The position numbers and the translations under genes were made by a program. DNA of 64,000 nucleotides from Macrostomum lignano (lineage: Eukaryota): the NCBI GenBank assembly GCA_002269645.1, contig NIVC01000597.1:124001-188000 (forward strand). Reading direction: 5' to 3'. The notes under the pieces are model-generated. The model was given only the letters and a program-made list of their open reading frames with translations, made no database searches and was not told where the DNA came from. This document shows, in pieces, positions 50,947 to 62,965 of this stretch. Each line of letters opens with the position of its first letter. Positions within the stretch are counted from its first letter, which is position 1.

Positions 50947-53900
50947 ATGGATCTAAAATCTGCACTGGCAGCCCTGGCCGCCAGCCTAATTGCGGCCCTA
51001 GTGGCCATGGACAGCGGACAGCAGAGCGGTTTGGCCGACGTTGAGGCTGCTATTAAACTGCCGCAGGGCAGGTGCTACGCCCTGGTGTCCGACTACCTCA
51101 CCTATAATAAGGTAAGGCGATTTCATTGGAGTGAAGGGCGATTTCATGGGGGTGAAGGGCGATTTCTGAGAGTGCAAGGTGATATCTGAGAGTGAAGGGC
51201 GTTTTATGGGAGTGAAAGGCGATCTCTGAGAGGGAAAGGCGATTTCTGTGAGTGAAGGGCGATTTCTGAGAGTGAAGGGCGTTTTATGGGAGTGAAAGGC
51301 GATCTCTGAGAGGGAAAGGCGATTTCTGAGAGTGAAAGGCGATTTCTGAGAAGTGAAGAGCGATTTGCGAGTGAAAGGCGATTTCTGTGAGTGAAGGGTG
51401 ATTTCTTATAGTGAACGGCGATTTGAGAGTGAAGGGCGATTTCTGAGAGTGAAGGGTGATTTCTTAGAGTGAAGGGTGATTTCTTAGAGTGAACGGCGAT
51501 TTCTGAGAGTGAAGGGCGATTTCTGAGAGTGAAAGGCGATTTCTTAGAGTGAAGGGCGATTTCTGAGAGTGAATGGCGCTTTCTGAGAGTGAAAGACGAT
51601 TTCTGAGAGTGAATGGCGCTTTCTAGGAGTGAATAGCGATTTCTAAGAGTGAAAGTAGATTTCTGAGAGTGAAGGTCGATTTCTAAGAGTGAAAGGCGAT
51701 TTCTTAGAGTGAAGGGCGATTTCTGAGAGTGAAAAGAATTTTTGTGTGTGAATGGGCGATTTCTGAGAGTGAAGGGCGCTTTCTGAGAGTAAATGGCGAT
51801 TTCTGAGAGTGAATGGCGATTTCTGAGAGTGAAAGACGATTTCTGAGAGTGAAAGACGATTTCTGAGAGTGAAAGACGATTTCTGAGAGTGAAGGGCGCT
51901 TTCTGAGAGTAAATGGCGATTTCTGAGAGTGAATGGCGATTTCTGAGAGTGAAAGACGATTTCTGAGAGTGAAGGGCGCTTTCTGAGAGTAAATGGCGAT
52001 TTCTGAGTGAAAGTCGATTTCTGAGAGAGAAAGGCGATTTCTTAGAGTGAAGGGCGATTTCTGAAAGTGAAGGGCGATTTCTGAGAGTGAAAGGCGACTT
52101 TGAGAGTGAAAGGCGATTTCTGAGAGTGAAGGGCGATTTCTGAGAGTGAAAGGCGACTTTAAGAGTGAAAGGTGATTTCTGAGAGTGAAAGGCGACTTTG
52201 AGAGTAAAAGGTGATTTCTGAGAGTGAAGGGCGATTTCTAGGAGTGAAGGGCGCTTTCTGAGAGTGAAAGACGATTTCTGAGAGTGAAGAGCGCTTTCTG
52301 AGAGTGAAAGACGATTTCTGAGAGTGAAGAGCGCTTTCTGAGAGTGAAAGGTGATTTCGGAGAGTAAAGGGTGATTTCTGAGAGTGAAGGGTGATTTCTG
52401 AGACTGAAGGGTGATTTCTAAGAGCCTAGTTCGTAGCGTAGACATTCTTGACAATTAAAAGACATTAAAGGGCATTCATATAATTAGTTTCAATCACAAC
52501 AAATTATTCCACAAAAAAGCAATGGAATATATTTCACAATTAAAACAAAACATACATCTTAGGTTTGCTTGCGCTGAAACAATGATGTTTAATGTTAATG
52601 CTTTTGAATCACTATTAATACTAATAAGAGTACTATTACTGTACAGCAATATAATATTGTATTATCTTCGTAGATTTCACAAAAGACATCTAAAATATTT
52701 TTGGCAATAAAAATTAATCCGCATACAATTATATTAAACAATTAACTGATAATGGTCAGTGATATTCTACCTGTACCTGATTGTACGGAATGATAAATTA
52801 AAAGGTAATTAATTTACAAAATGCATGCCTAAATCTAATAATTAATATATTCATCATTTTAAGACAATATTCAACATTCATTTTCGCCTTATTTGGGGTT
52901 TCGGCCGATACAGCATCTAGTGTAAAATAAAGTTATTAGCTTAAAAGCAATACTAGTGTGAAAATTTCATCAGGGATTAGAGACTGAAGGATTGGGGATT
53001 AAAGACTGAAGGATTAGGGATTGGAGACTAAAGGATTAGGGATTAGAGAATGAAGGATTAGGGATTAGAGACTGAAGGATTAGAAATTAGAGACTGAAGG
53101 ATTAGGGATTAGAGACTGAAGGATTAGGGATTAGAGACTGAAGGATTAGGGAGGGATCAGAGACTGAAGGATTAGGGATTAAAGACTGAAGGATTAGGGA
53201 TTAGAGACGGATGATTAGGGATTAAAGACTGAAGGAGTAGGGATTACAGACTGAAGGATTAGGGATTAGAGACGGATGATTAGGGATTAAAGACTGAAGG
53301 AGTAGGGATTACAGACTGAAGGATTAGGGATTAAAGACTGAAGGATTAGGGAGGGATCAGAGACTGAAGGATTAGGGATTAAAGACTGAAGGATTAGGGA
53401 TTAGAGACGGATGATTAGGGATTAAAGACTGAAGGAGTAGGGATTACAGACTGAAGGATTAGGGATTAGAGACGGATGATTAGGGATTAAAGACTGAAGG
53501 AGTAGGGATTACAGACTGAAGGATTAGGGATTAAAGACTGAAGGAGTAGGGATTAGAGACTGAAGGATTAGGGATTAAAGACTGAAGGATAAGGGATTAG
53601 TAGAGGCTGAAGGATTAGGGATTAGTAGAGACTGAAGGATCAGGAACTACATCAGTGCATTCTTTGAAAAAATATTGATATATAGAGTAGTGATAAAACA
53701 ATTGGAATACAGCGAATGAAGACAACCAAAACTGACATGTATGCTATAGGTATAGAACAGACTCTGACAGATATCACCTGACACACATCTAACTATCACC
53801 TGACACATAGCTATCACCTGACACACACCTAGCTATCATCGGACACACATCTAGCTATCATCTGACACACATCTAACTATCATCTGACACACTCCTAGCT

Positions 53901-56900
53901 ATCACCTGACACACACCTAGCTATCATCTGACACACATCTAACTATCACCTGACACTCCTAGCTATCACCTGACACACACCTAGCTATCATCTGACACAC
54001 ATCTAACTATCACCTGACACACACCTAGCTATCATTTGACACACACCTAGCTATCATCGGACACACACCTAGCTATCATCTGACACACACCTAGCTATCA
54101 GTTGACACACACCTAGCTATCATTTGACACACACCTAGCTATCATCTGCGCTGTCAATAACGCCACCGCTGCGAATGAAGGCCAAGATGCGCTGGGACAG
54201 CGAATCAGCAGGGTCAGCCAGCAGTTCAATAATGTCAAAGTGATCCCGCTCGGGTACAATATTAACATCGGCCTGACGACCGTGCCGCCTGAGCAAGTCG
54301 CACAGTTCGCGACTTTGTCTAGTAAACTCGGGCGATTCTAGGGCACCAACGATGGCAAGAATTGGCGCTCTCACGGGGCTGGCCAGGAGCTGCTGTTGAA
54401 GGCCGCGCATAGGGCTCAGCGCGGCAGCTCTGGCGGTGTTCATGCCCAGCGGATGGTTCACGCTGGTTTTCACAAGCGGCATCAAATCAAATACGCCTGC
54501 GGGTCGGATCAGCAAGTAGCCATCAATCATATCAGCAAGTCATCAATCATATCAGCAAGCCATCAATCATGTCAGCAAGTAATCAATCATGTCAGCAATT
54601 AGCTATCTATGGCGTCAGCAAGTAGCCATCAGTAAAGCAGTTTACCTGAGATCGGCAACACGCCTTTAATAAGACCAGCCAATTCGCCCGGCCAATGCAC
54701 ACAAGCCCCGGCCGTCACGGCCAGATGTCCACCGGCCGAGTGTCCGGCCACATAAACGCCGGACAAGCCGTCAGACCGAGCTCGCTCCAAACAGGCACGC
54801 AATCCGGTTTCAACCAGTCGAACAGTGTCCTCAATTGACACCGCGGGTACGCAATCGTAGCCTAGGCTAGCAAAATGCAGGCCATTGTTAACAAAGGTAT
54901 CGGCCATGTGGCAGCACATTCTGGCAGTTAGTTCCGGTGTTTGCCAATAGCCGCCGTGGATAAACACAAACAGTGGTGACTTGGCATTGCCGCCGCTATC
55001 AGACGGGGTGAACCAATAGTACACCAATTCGTTGCTATCGCTCTGCCCATACTGCACAATCTCCGGTTTTAATCGTTCAATTACTAACTCTGATTGTTCG
55101 CGTAATAATTTGAAATGCGCGTCAACTATTTTAGTTGGGTCCAAGCGCTTGGACCAGTGACTGGGCAGGTAGGGAATATCACTGTCGGACATTGTTTTTA
55201 ACGGTGATGTAGTTTTGCACACAACCGCTCTGAAGACTTGAACACGGTGTTTTTTAAGGGTGACCGACGTTTGGCATGAAGGCAACGGGGATTTGAGAAT
55301 TTCTATGAGAAAATTGATTTTCGATCGGTATTATAAACATGTATCAGCGTCACATGGCTTTGAAAAAAATGGGTAGCTTTGTAAGAAGTGTCAGTTGGAT
55401 TTAAAAGTGTCAGCTAGTTTTAAAAAGGTGTCAGGTGGCTTTGAAAAAAGTGTCAGATAGCCTTATAAAAATGTCAGGTAGCTTTATAAAAATTGTCAGG
55501 TGGCTTTATAGCAATATCAGGTGACTTTGGAATGAGTGTCAGGTAGCTTTATAAAAAGTATCAGGTAGCTTTATAAAAAGTATCAGGTAGCTTTATAAAA
55601 AGTGTCAGGTAGATTTAGAAAGTGTCAGGTGGATTTTAGAAAGTGTCAGGTGGATTTTAGAAAGTGTCGGGTGGATTTAGAAAGTGTCACGTGGATTTTA
55701 GAAAGTGTCACGTGGATCTAGAAAGTGTCACGTGGATCTAGAAAGTGTCACGTGGATTTAGAAAGTGTCAGGTGGATCTAGAAAGTGTCGGGTGGATTTA
55801 GAAAGTGTCGGGTGGATTTAGAAAGTGTCGGGTGGATCTAGAAAGTGTCGGGTGGATTTAGAAAGTGTCACGTGGATCTAGAAAGTGTCGGGTAGATTTA
55901 GAAAGTGTCACGTGGATTTTAGAAAGTGTCGGGTGGATCTAGAAAGTGTCGGGTGGATTTAGAAAGTGTCACGTGGATTTAGAAAGTGTCACGTGGATCT
56001 AGAAAGTGTCGGGTAGATTTAGAAAGTGTCACGTGGATTTTAGAAAGTGTCGGGTGGATCTAGAAAGTGTCGGGTGGATTTAGAAAGTGTCACGTGGATT
56101 TTAGAAAGTGTCACGTGGATTTAGAAAGTGTCGGGTGGATTTAGAAAGTGTCACGTGGATTTAGAAAGTGTCACGTGGATTTTAGAAAGTGTCGGGTGGA
56201 TCTAGAAAGTGTCGGGTGGATTTAGAAAGTGTCACGTGGATTTTAGAAAGTGTCACGTGGATTTAGAAAGTGTCACGTGGATTTAGAAAGTGTCGGGTGG
56301 ATCTAGAAAGTGTCGGGTGGATTTAGAAAGTGTCACGTGGATTTAGAAAGTGTCGGGTGGATTTAGAAAGTGTCACGTGGATTTAGAAAGTGTCGGGTGG
56401 ATTTAGAAAGTGTCGGGTGGATTTAGAAAGTGTCACGTGGATTTAGAAAGTGTCACGTGGATTTAGAAAGTGTCGGGTGGATTTAGAAAGTGTCGGGTGG
56501 ATTTAGAAAGTGTCACGTGGATTTAGAAAGTGTCACGTGGATTTAGAAAGTGTCGGGTGGATTTAGAAAGTGTCACGTGGATTTAGAAAGTGTCACGTGG
56601 ATTTAGAAAGTGTCGGGTGGATCTAGAAAGTGTCGGGTGGATTTTAGAAAATGTCATATTTCTAGGGGAAGTATTATTTGGCTTTTTGAAAATGTGGCTA
56701 GGGGTTTCAGAAGACATGTCTAAGAGAGTTTCTAGGAAAGAAGTATTTTAAAAAACGTATTTCACTATCATGTACAATATCCTCACTTTGATTTCAAACA
56801 CAACAACATTAAAAACCCAGTGGCAGCCGGCCATAGTGGACGTGGAAAGCATGGCCCTGCCGGGCATCACCGACATCGGCTCGTCCTTCACCATGTACTA

Positions 56901-57495
56901 CCGAATGCCTCTGTGGGGCTCGGTGCCCTACACCCAGACTGTCAGCTACGTTGAAGAAGGCAGAACTTTTGCTTACGAAAGCGACGGCCTAATGCGAGTG
57001 AAAACCAGCCTGACTGTGCGAACTAAATCCGACAAGGTCTGCTACATCCGGGTGCAGTTGGCTTCTGCCAGGACCAGCCTGCTGTTCCACGTGAGTGCGA
57101 CAGAATTGTTGACGGTTTGTTAATGTTAACTCTGAGATTCTGAGAATGACAATAATCTCAATGAGAATAACTGCCGAGATTCTTCCACTGAGAATAATTA
57201 ACTCTCAAAGTCACATTTACTACGATCAACTCTCAAAATCTCACACTGAGAATAATCAACCCTCAAAATCTCACACTGCGAACTATCAACCCTCAAAATC
57301 TCACACTGCGAACTATCAACCCTCAAAATCTCACACTGCGAACTATCAATCCTCAAAATCTCACAGTGACTCTGTTAATCCCTCACCCCACACGAATTGC
57401 AGTACGTGTTCCGGCCGCTACTAGGATTCTATTATCAAAACTGGGCAACGCAGTCACTGATCAACGTGAAGATGCACAACATGCACAATTTCTAA
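50947..57495 (+). CDS. Secreted SRPBCC/START-like (polyketide cyclase 2-type fold) protein, 175 aa; exons 50947-51111, 56821-57090, 57403-57495
   Basis: Phase-0 GT-AG joins give signal peptide MDLKSALAALAASLIAALVA followed by AAIKLPQGRCYALVSDYLTYNK|WQPAIVDVE...GSSFTM...YVEEGRTFAYES...|YVFRPLLGFYYQNWATQSLINVK. This follows the SRPBCC pattern (P..vy.lvsD...y.kW.P, C-terminal helix). Confidence 0.72.
51112..52420. repeat. 20-bp minisatellite (gagtgaagggcgatttctga)n starting at the splice donor
   Basis: Tandem repetition; first unit gtaaggcgatttc is the donor itself. Confidence 0.95.
52975..53640. repeat. 22-bp minisatellite (gactgaaggattagggattaga)n containing TTAGGG
   Basis: Tandem repetition. 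Confidence 0.93.
53770..54145. repeat. ~22-bp minisatellite (tatcatctgacacacacctagc)n overlapping the AFMID stop codon
   Basis: Tandem repetition. Confidence 0.92.
54135..55192 (-). CDS. AFMID: Kynurenine formamidase (arylformamidase), 302 aa; exons 55192-54646, 54496-54135
   Basis: YLPSHWSKRL N-terminus, PLFVFIHGGYWQ, LGYD, nucleophile AGHSAGGHL, ISG|VFDL across a phase-1 intron, VGALESPEFTRQS, DHFDIIE. Confidence 0.92.
55400..56650. repeat. 20-22 bp minisatellite drifting from tgtcaggtagctttataaaaag to tgtcacgtggatttagaaag
   Basis: Tandem repetition with gradual unit change. Confidence 0.95.
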
Positions 57496-57724
57496 CAAGG
57501 TGCAAATCGAACAGAGAGGACGTTCTAACAATCTGTTAGAAAAAAGTTACAATACTATTGTGTACAACTAACTAATATATCTGATAGTAGTTAGGCAATG
57601 TTTATTAAAATATTTTATTATTAATTAGCTAACATGTCTGCATTCGAATGCTACTTAAATGCAATTTAATACTACAACTAACTTCTGAAGCAATTAGAAG
57701 TCCATGGCTTAAGTACGCTCGTAA

Positions 57725-58705
57725 TTAGGAGTCCATGGTTAAACCAATTAGGAGTCTGTGGTTAAACTAATTAGGAGTCTGTGGTTAAACTAATTAGGAG
57801 TCTGTGGTTAAACCAATTAGGAGTCCATGGTTAAACTAATTAGGAGTCCATAGTTAAACTAATTAGGAGTCTGTGGTTAAACCAATTAGGAGTCCATGGT
57901 TAAACTAATTAGGAGTCCATGGTTAAACGAATTAGGAGTCCATGGTTAAACTAATTAGGAGTCTGTGGTTAAACTAATTAGGAGTCCATGGTTAAACTAA
58001 TTAGGAGTCCATAGTTAAACTAATTAGGAGTCTGTGGTTAAACTAATTAGGAGTCCATGGTTAAACTAATTAGGAGTCTGTGGTTAAACTAATTAGGAGT
58101 CCATGGTTAAACTAATTAGGAGTCTGTGGTTAAACCAATTAGGAGTCCATGGTTAAACTAATTAGGAGTCCATGGTTAAACTAATTAGGAGTCCATGGTT
58201 AAACTAATTAGGAGTCCATGGTTAAACTAATTAGGAGTCCATGGTTAAACTAATTAGGAGTCTGTGGTTAAACTAATTAGGAGTCCATGGTTAAACTAAT
58301 TAGGAGTCCATGGTTAAACTAATTAGGAGTCTGTGGTTAAACCAATTAGGAGTCTGTGGTTAAACCAATTAGGAGTCTGTGGTTAAACCAATTAGGAGTC
58401 TGTGGTTAAACCAATTAGGAGTCTGTGGTTAAACCAATTAGGAGTCTGTGGTTAAACTAATTAGGAGTCCATGGTTAAACTAATTAGGAGTCCATGGTTA
58501 AGCTAATTAGGAGTCCATGGTTAAACTAATTAGGAGTCCATGGTTAAACTAATTAGGAGTCCATGGTTAAACTAATTAGGAGTCCATGGTTAAACTAATT
58601 AGGAGTCTGTGGTTAAACTAATTAGGAGTCTGTGGTTAAACTAATTAGGAGTCCATGGTTAAACTAATTAGGAGTCCATGGTTAAACTAATTAGGAGTCC
58701 ATGGC
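57725..58705. repeat. 23-bp minisatellite (aattaggagtccatggttaaact)n
   Basis: Tandem repetition. Confidence 0.96.
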
Positions 58706-59579
58706 AGAACTAAAAAGATGTCCATGACTGCAACATCGTCTGCCTATAAAGATCTACAGCAGTTTTGTCACTTTTTTCAGGCATTCATTTCACATTTTAT
58801 TTTATAGTAGGAATTCATTTTAGAAAAAAACATTTAAAAATCATGTATGTTTTCACAAAAAACTCTGATTATAAGTAACTTTAACCTTCTCCGTCCCCGC
58901 CTTTGAAACTGCTAATTCATGATACAAAATATACACAGCATCACTTTTGAAGAAGTTTTAACAACAATTTGTTCTCAAATTGCTCTTAATTCACCTAATT
59001 ATTAATTTAACTCAAAGTTGTTTAATGTATGCACAACTAAAAATAAAGTTTAGAAAGAAACTGCAAACAAACATATTTTTACCAGCGCTTTTATTATATT
59101 TATTGAATATTCGCGACACACTACTTTGAACAGGCAATTCCAGCAGTAGCATAACATGAATAAAAAATAATTAATTAATTAGAGACCAAACAAAAATCAA
59201 GCAAAGAAATTGATAGTAATTACACAATTTAGTTCGTAAATACACGTCCAATGTACAGGCAGATTAAGAAATACAGTGGTTACTAAGAGAAATTCAGATA
59301 AGAAAAAGAACAGTAACACAAACTGTAAAAAAATAGCAGCGATAATGACATATGCACAACAGTACTACTATTAGTAACTAGCTTGACACCGAGTTTTTTA
59401 TTTAAAATGTTATTAATATGCGTTTTGAAACACTTATAACTGCAAAGCTTTCCTAGCAATTGTTTAAAATTCGAACGAATGCTATGGCTTACATGATAAC
59501 AGCGAAATAAGATAGATGATAAACTTTTTGTGCTTTTTGGCTTAAACACAGCTTAACCTACTTTAGCAAGTGTCACATC

Positions 59580-60250
59580 TGAACTACTTAAACCAACCCT
59601 GACCTACTTAAACCAACCCTGACCTACTTAAACAACCCTGAACTACTTAAACAACCCTGACCTACTTAAACAACCCTGACCAACTCTAACCAACCCTGAC
59701 CTACTTAAACCAACCCTGACCTACTCTAACCAACCCTAACCTACTTAAACAATCCTGACCTACTCTAACCAACCCTGACCTACTTAAACAACCCTGAGCT
59801 ACTTAAACCAACCCTGACCTACTTGAACTAACCCTGACCTACTTGAACTAACCCTGACCTACTTGAACTAACCCTAACCTACTTGAACTAACCCTAACCT
59901 ACTTGAACTAACCCTTACCTACTTGAACTAACCCTGACCTACTTGAACTAACCCTGACCTACTTGAACTAACCCTGACCTACTTGAACTAACCCTGACCT
60001 ACTTGAACTAACCCTAACCTACTTGAACTAACCCTGACCTACTTGAACTAACCCTGACCTACTTGAACTAACCCTGACCTACTTGAACTAACCCTGACCT
60101 ACTTGAACTAACCCTGACCTACTTGAACTAACCCTGACCTACTTCAACTAACCCTGACCTACTTGAACTAACCCTGACCTAATGGAACTAACCCTGACCT
60201 ACTTGAAGTAACCCTTGCCTAGTCTAACGAACCCTGACCTATTTTAACGA
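59580..60250. repeat. 20-bp minisatellite (cctacttgaactaaccctga)n
   Basis: Tandem repetition. Confidence 0.95.
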
Positions 60251-60392
60251 ATCATGACCTATTTTATATAAAAACAACCATTAACTTATCTAACGATAAC
60301 CAACCTTGAACTACTTTAAACAGCCAAAAACTGAAGCCACCATAGCTATCATATAGCAGTAACAAAATTTGCCTTAAGTCATCGAAATTCGT

Positions 60393-61325
60393 TTAAAAAT
60401 CGCGTCCTGACCCGGCAACCCCAGCGGCAGCGCCGCCAGCATTGGACGAATGACCGCCGACGCCGCCGCCGCGGCAGACATTCAACACGCGCATGGCGTC
60501 CGAATATCGCCGATCGTTGGCGCGCATAGCGCTGCACCAGCTGCGCCGAACCTCGCGCCACCTGTCCAGATGATCCAACAGCAGCTGCTCGGGCGCCGGG
60601 GCCAGCTCAGGCGCCCGATGAATGTCGAGACGTTCGTCCTCTGACGGCAGCGGGGCCGGTACGCGGACGCTGGAGTCCAATAGGCCGTCGTGAGCGGCGG
60701 GAAGGTCGAGCACAGCGCCCTGGTGCAGGCCGATCTCCTCAGACCGATGGTCGGGCAGGTCGCCCCACTTGGCTGCACAAATCAATGCGATTTTTTGGGC
60801 TATACAAAAAGTGGGATGTATTTATCCCACCGCTCACACCCATCCTCCCTGGAGTCCTATGCTAGACGCTGACTAGACAGTTACATAGACAGCAGACAGG
60901 AAGGAGGACAGGCATGCAGACAGACTGACTGACAGCAGTATCGCGACTTTCTTAAGTCATTCCTTCAATTCATCCGCACTCGCTTTTTTTCTCTCCCTCT
61001 CTGTCTTCTGATTGGCTCTTCAATCTCGCCTCTCTTTCCTTAGTCGCGCACTCCACCCCTCCTCGTCTTATCTTGCAATCAAACCTAACTCCTAGTTTAT
61101 TGGCATGAATATACCCGTTTGGGCCTTGAGCCCCACTTACTACTGTCTGTCAGTTTTTTGTTTTCAACTCAAATTAAACCGTACTCTTATTTTCTTTAAC
61201 ACAGAGACGGAGAACTACAGACAGACAGGCTGACTTAGCTGCAGGGTGGTCTGTAGACACAGCGGGGAGGCGAGGGTCGCCCATTCCGCTATGACAGGCT
61301 GACACTAAGACAAGACACATAGTAT

Positions 61326-61361
<36 letters not shown>

Positions 61362-61466
61362 CTAAGGCAAGACACATAGTATGACAGACAGACAGACGGA
61401 CACTAAGGCAAGACACATAGTATGACAGACAGACAGACAGACACAGACAGACAGACACAGACAGGC

Positions 61467-61499
<33 letters not shown>

Positions 61500-61756
61500 C
61501 TAAGACAGAGACAGATAGACAGACAGACAGACACTAAGACAGAGACAGACAGACACTAAGACAGAGACAGACAGACAGACAGACAGACACTAAGACAGAG
61601 ACAGACAGACAGACACTAAGACAGAGACAGACAGACACTAAGACAGAGACAGACAGACAGACAGACACTAAGACAGAGACAGACAGACAGACAGAGACAC
61701 TAAGACAGAGACAGACAGATAGACAGACACTAAGACAGACAGACAGACACTAAGAC

Positions 61757-61849
<93 letters not shown>

Positions 61850-62284
61850 TAGTATATAGGACAGACAAGACGTTCTAGATAAATTGCAATTGAACCAAAG
61901 CTACATGTCTGTAAATATGTTAATCCCTTATTAATCTGGCCGCTCATTAGCAACCTCAAATGGCAATTCTAAATGCGAAAGCCGGCATAATGCATGTATT
62001 CAAACACACACAGGTGAGCTACGGAACTCACTGGTATCAGACTTCTGGTCCCAGGCATTCAAATTGGCCACCCAAGCCCTGGCCATAGGATAGATCGGAC
62101 AGCCGTCCGTGCGGCCCTCGGACATGTCCAGAAACGGTCCGAAATCCATCAGCCTGTCGAACAGTTTAATAATGAATTGCTCGCGCTGGTGCTTGCCCCC
62201 GGCGCCGTCCATTTCGCTGCGGGCGCGCAAATAGTCCTCGAAGTCGCCGACTCGACGGCCGCGCTTCCGGCCGGGCGTGGCCAT
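60393..62284 (-). CDS. LIN37: DREAM/MuvB core subunit LIN-37, 210 aa; exons 62284-62032, 60772-60393
   Basis: [16 protein letters not shown]...[12 protein letters not shown] (human YVIKLFDRSVDLAQF...PLYPICRAWMRN); [13 protein letters not shown]...[12 protein letters not shown] (human RWKRIRQRW...NQLRYSESMKIL); phase-1 GT-AG intron. Confidence 0.9.
61230..61291 (-). mobile_element. 62-bp fragment of the same LINE 3' end as 16621-16682
   Basis: ctgacttagctgcaggg...ggcgag.gtcgcccattccgcta; 5 mismatches in 62 bp versus 16621-16682. Confidence 0.75.
61300..61850. repeat. (GACA)n microsatellite with cactaa variants in LIN37 intron
   Basis: Tandem repetition. Confidence 0.95.
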
Positions 62285-62379
62285 GTGATCGTGCGACTGC
62301 GCTTCGCTGGGATTGGCCGCCGGCGGGATTATCTTGCTGTGTAATGGCGGGAAGGGTAGGGATTCAAGTCAGTTTTCAG

Positions 62380-62965
62380 CCACTGATGCAGCTGCCTTCA
62401 GTCACTCAGGCAGCTGCCTTCAGTCACTCATGCAGCTACAATCAGTCACTCATGCAGCTGCCTTCAGTCACTCATGCTGTCATGCAGCTGCCTTCAGTCA
62501 CTCATGCAGCTGCCTTCAGTCACTCATACAGCTGCCTTCAGTCACTCATGCAGCTACAATCAGTCACTCATGCAGCTACAATCAGTCACTCATGCAGCTA
62601 CAATCAGTCACTCATGCAGCTACAATCAGTCACTCATGCAGCTGCCTTCAGCCACTCATGCAGCTGCCTTCAGCCACTCATGCAGCTGCCTTCAGTCACT
62701 CATGCAGCTGCCTTCAGTCACTCATGCAGCTGCCTTCAGTCACTCATGCAGCTGCCTTCAGTCACTCATGCAGCTGCCTTCAGTCACTCATGCAGCTGCC
62801 TTCAGTCACTCATGCAGCTGCCTTCAGTCACTCATGCAGCTGCCTTCAGTCACTCATGCAGCTGCCTTCAGTCACTTATGCAGCTGCCTTCAGTCACTCA
62901 TGCAGCTGCCTTCAGCCACTCATGCAGCTGCCTTCAGTCACTCATGCAGCTACAATCAGTCACTC
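62380..62965. repeat. 22-bp minisatellite (gcagctgccttcagtcactcat)n
   Basis: Tandem repetition just upstream of LIN37 ATG. Confidence 0.95.

Noticed and set aside
51204-52454. 416-aa SEIALHSQKSPFTLRN ORF
   Set aside because: 20-bp intronic array
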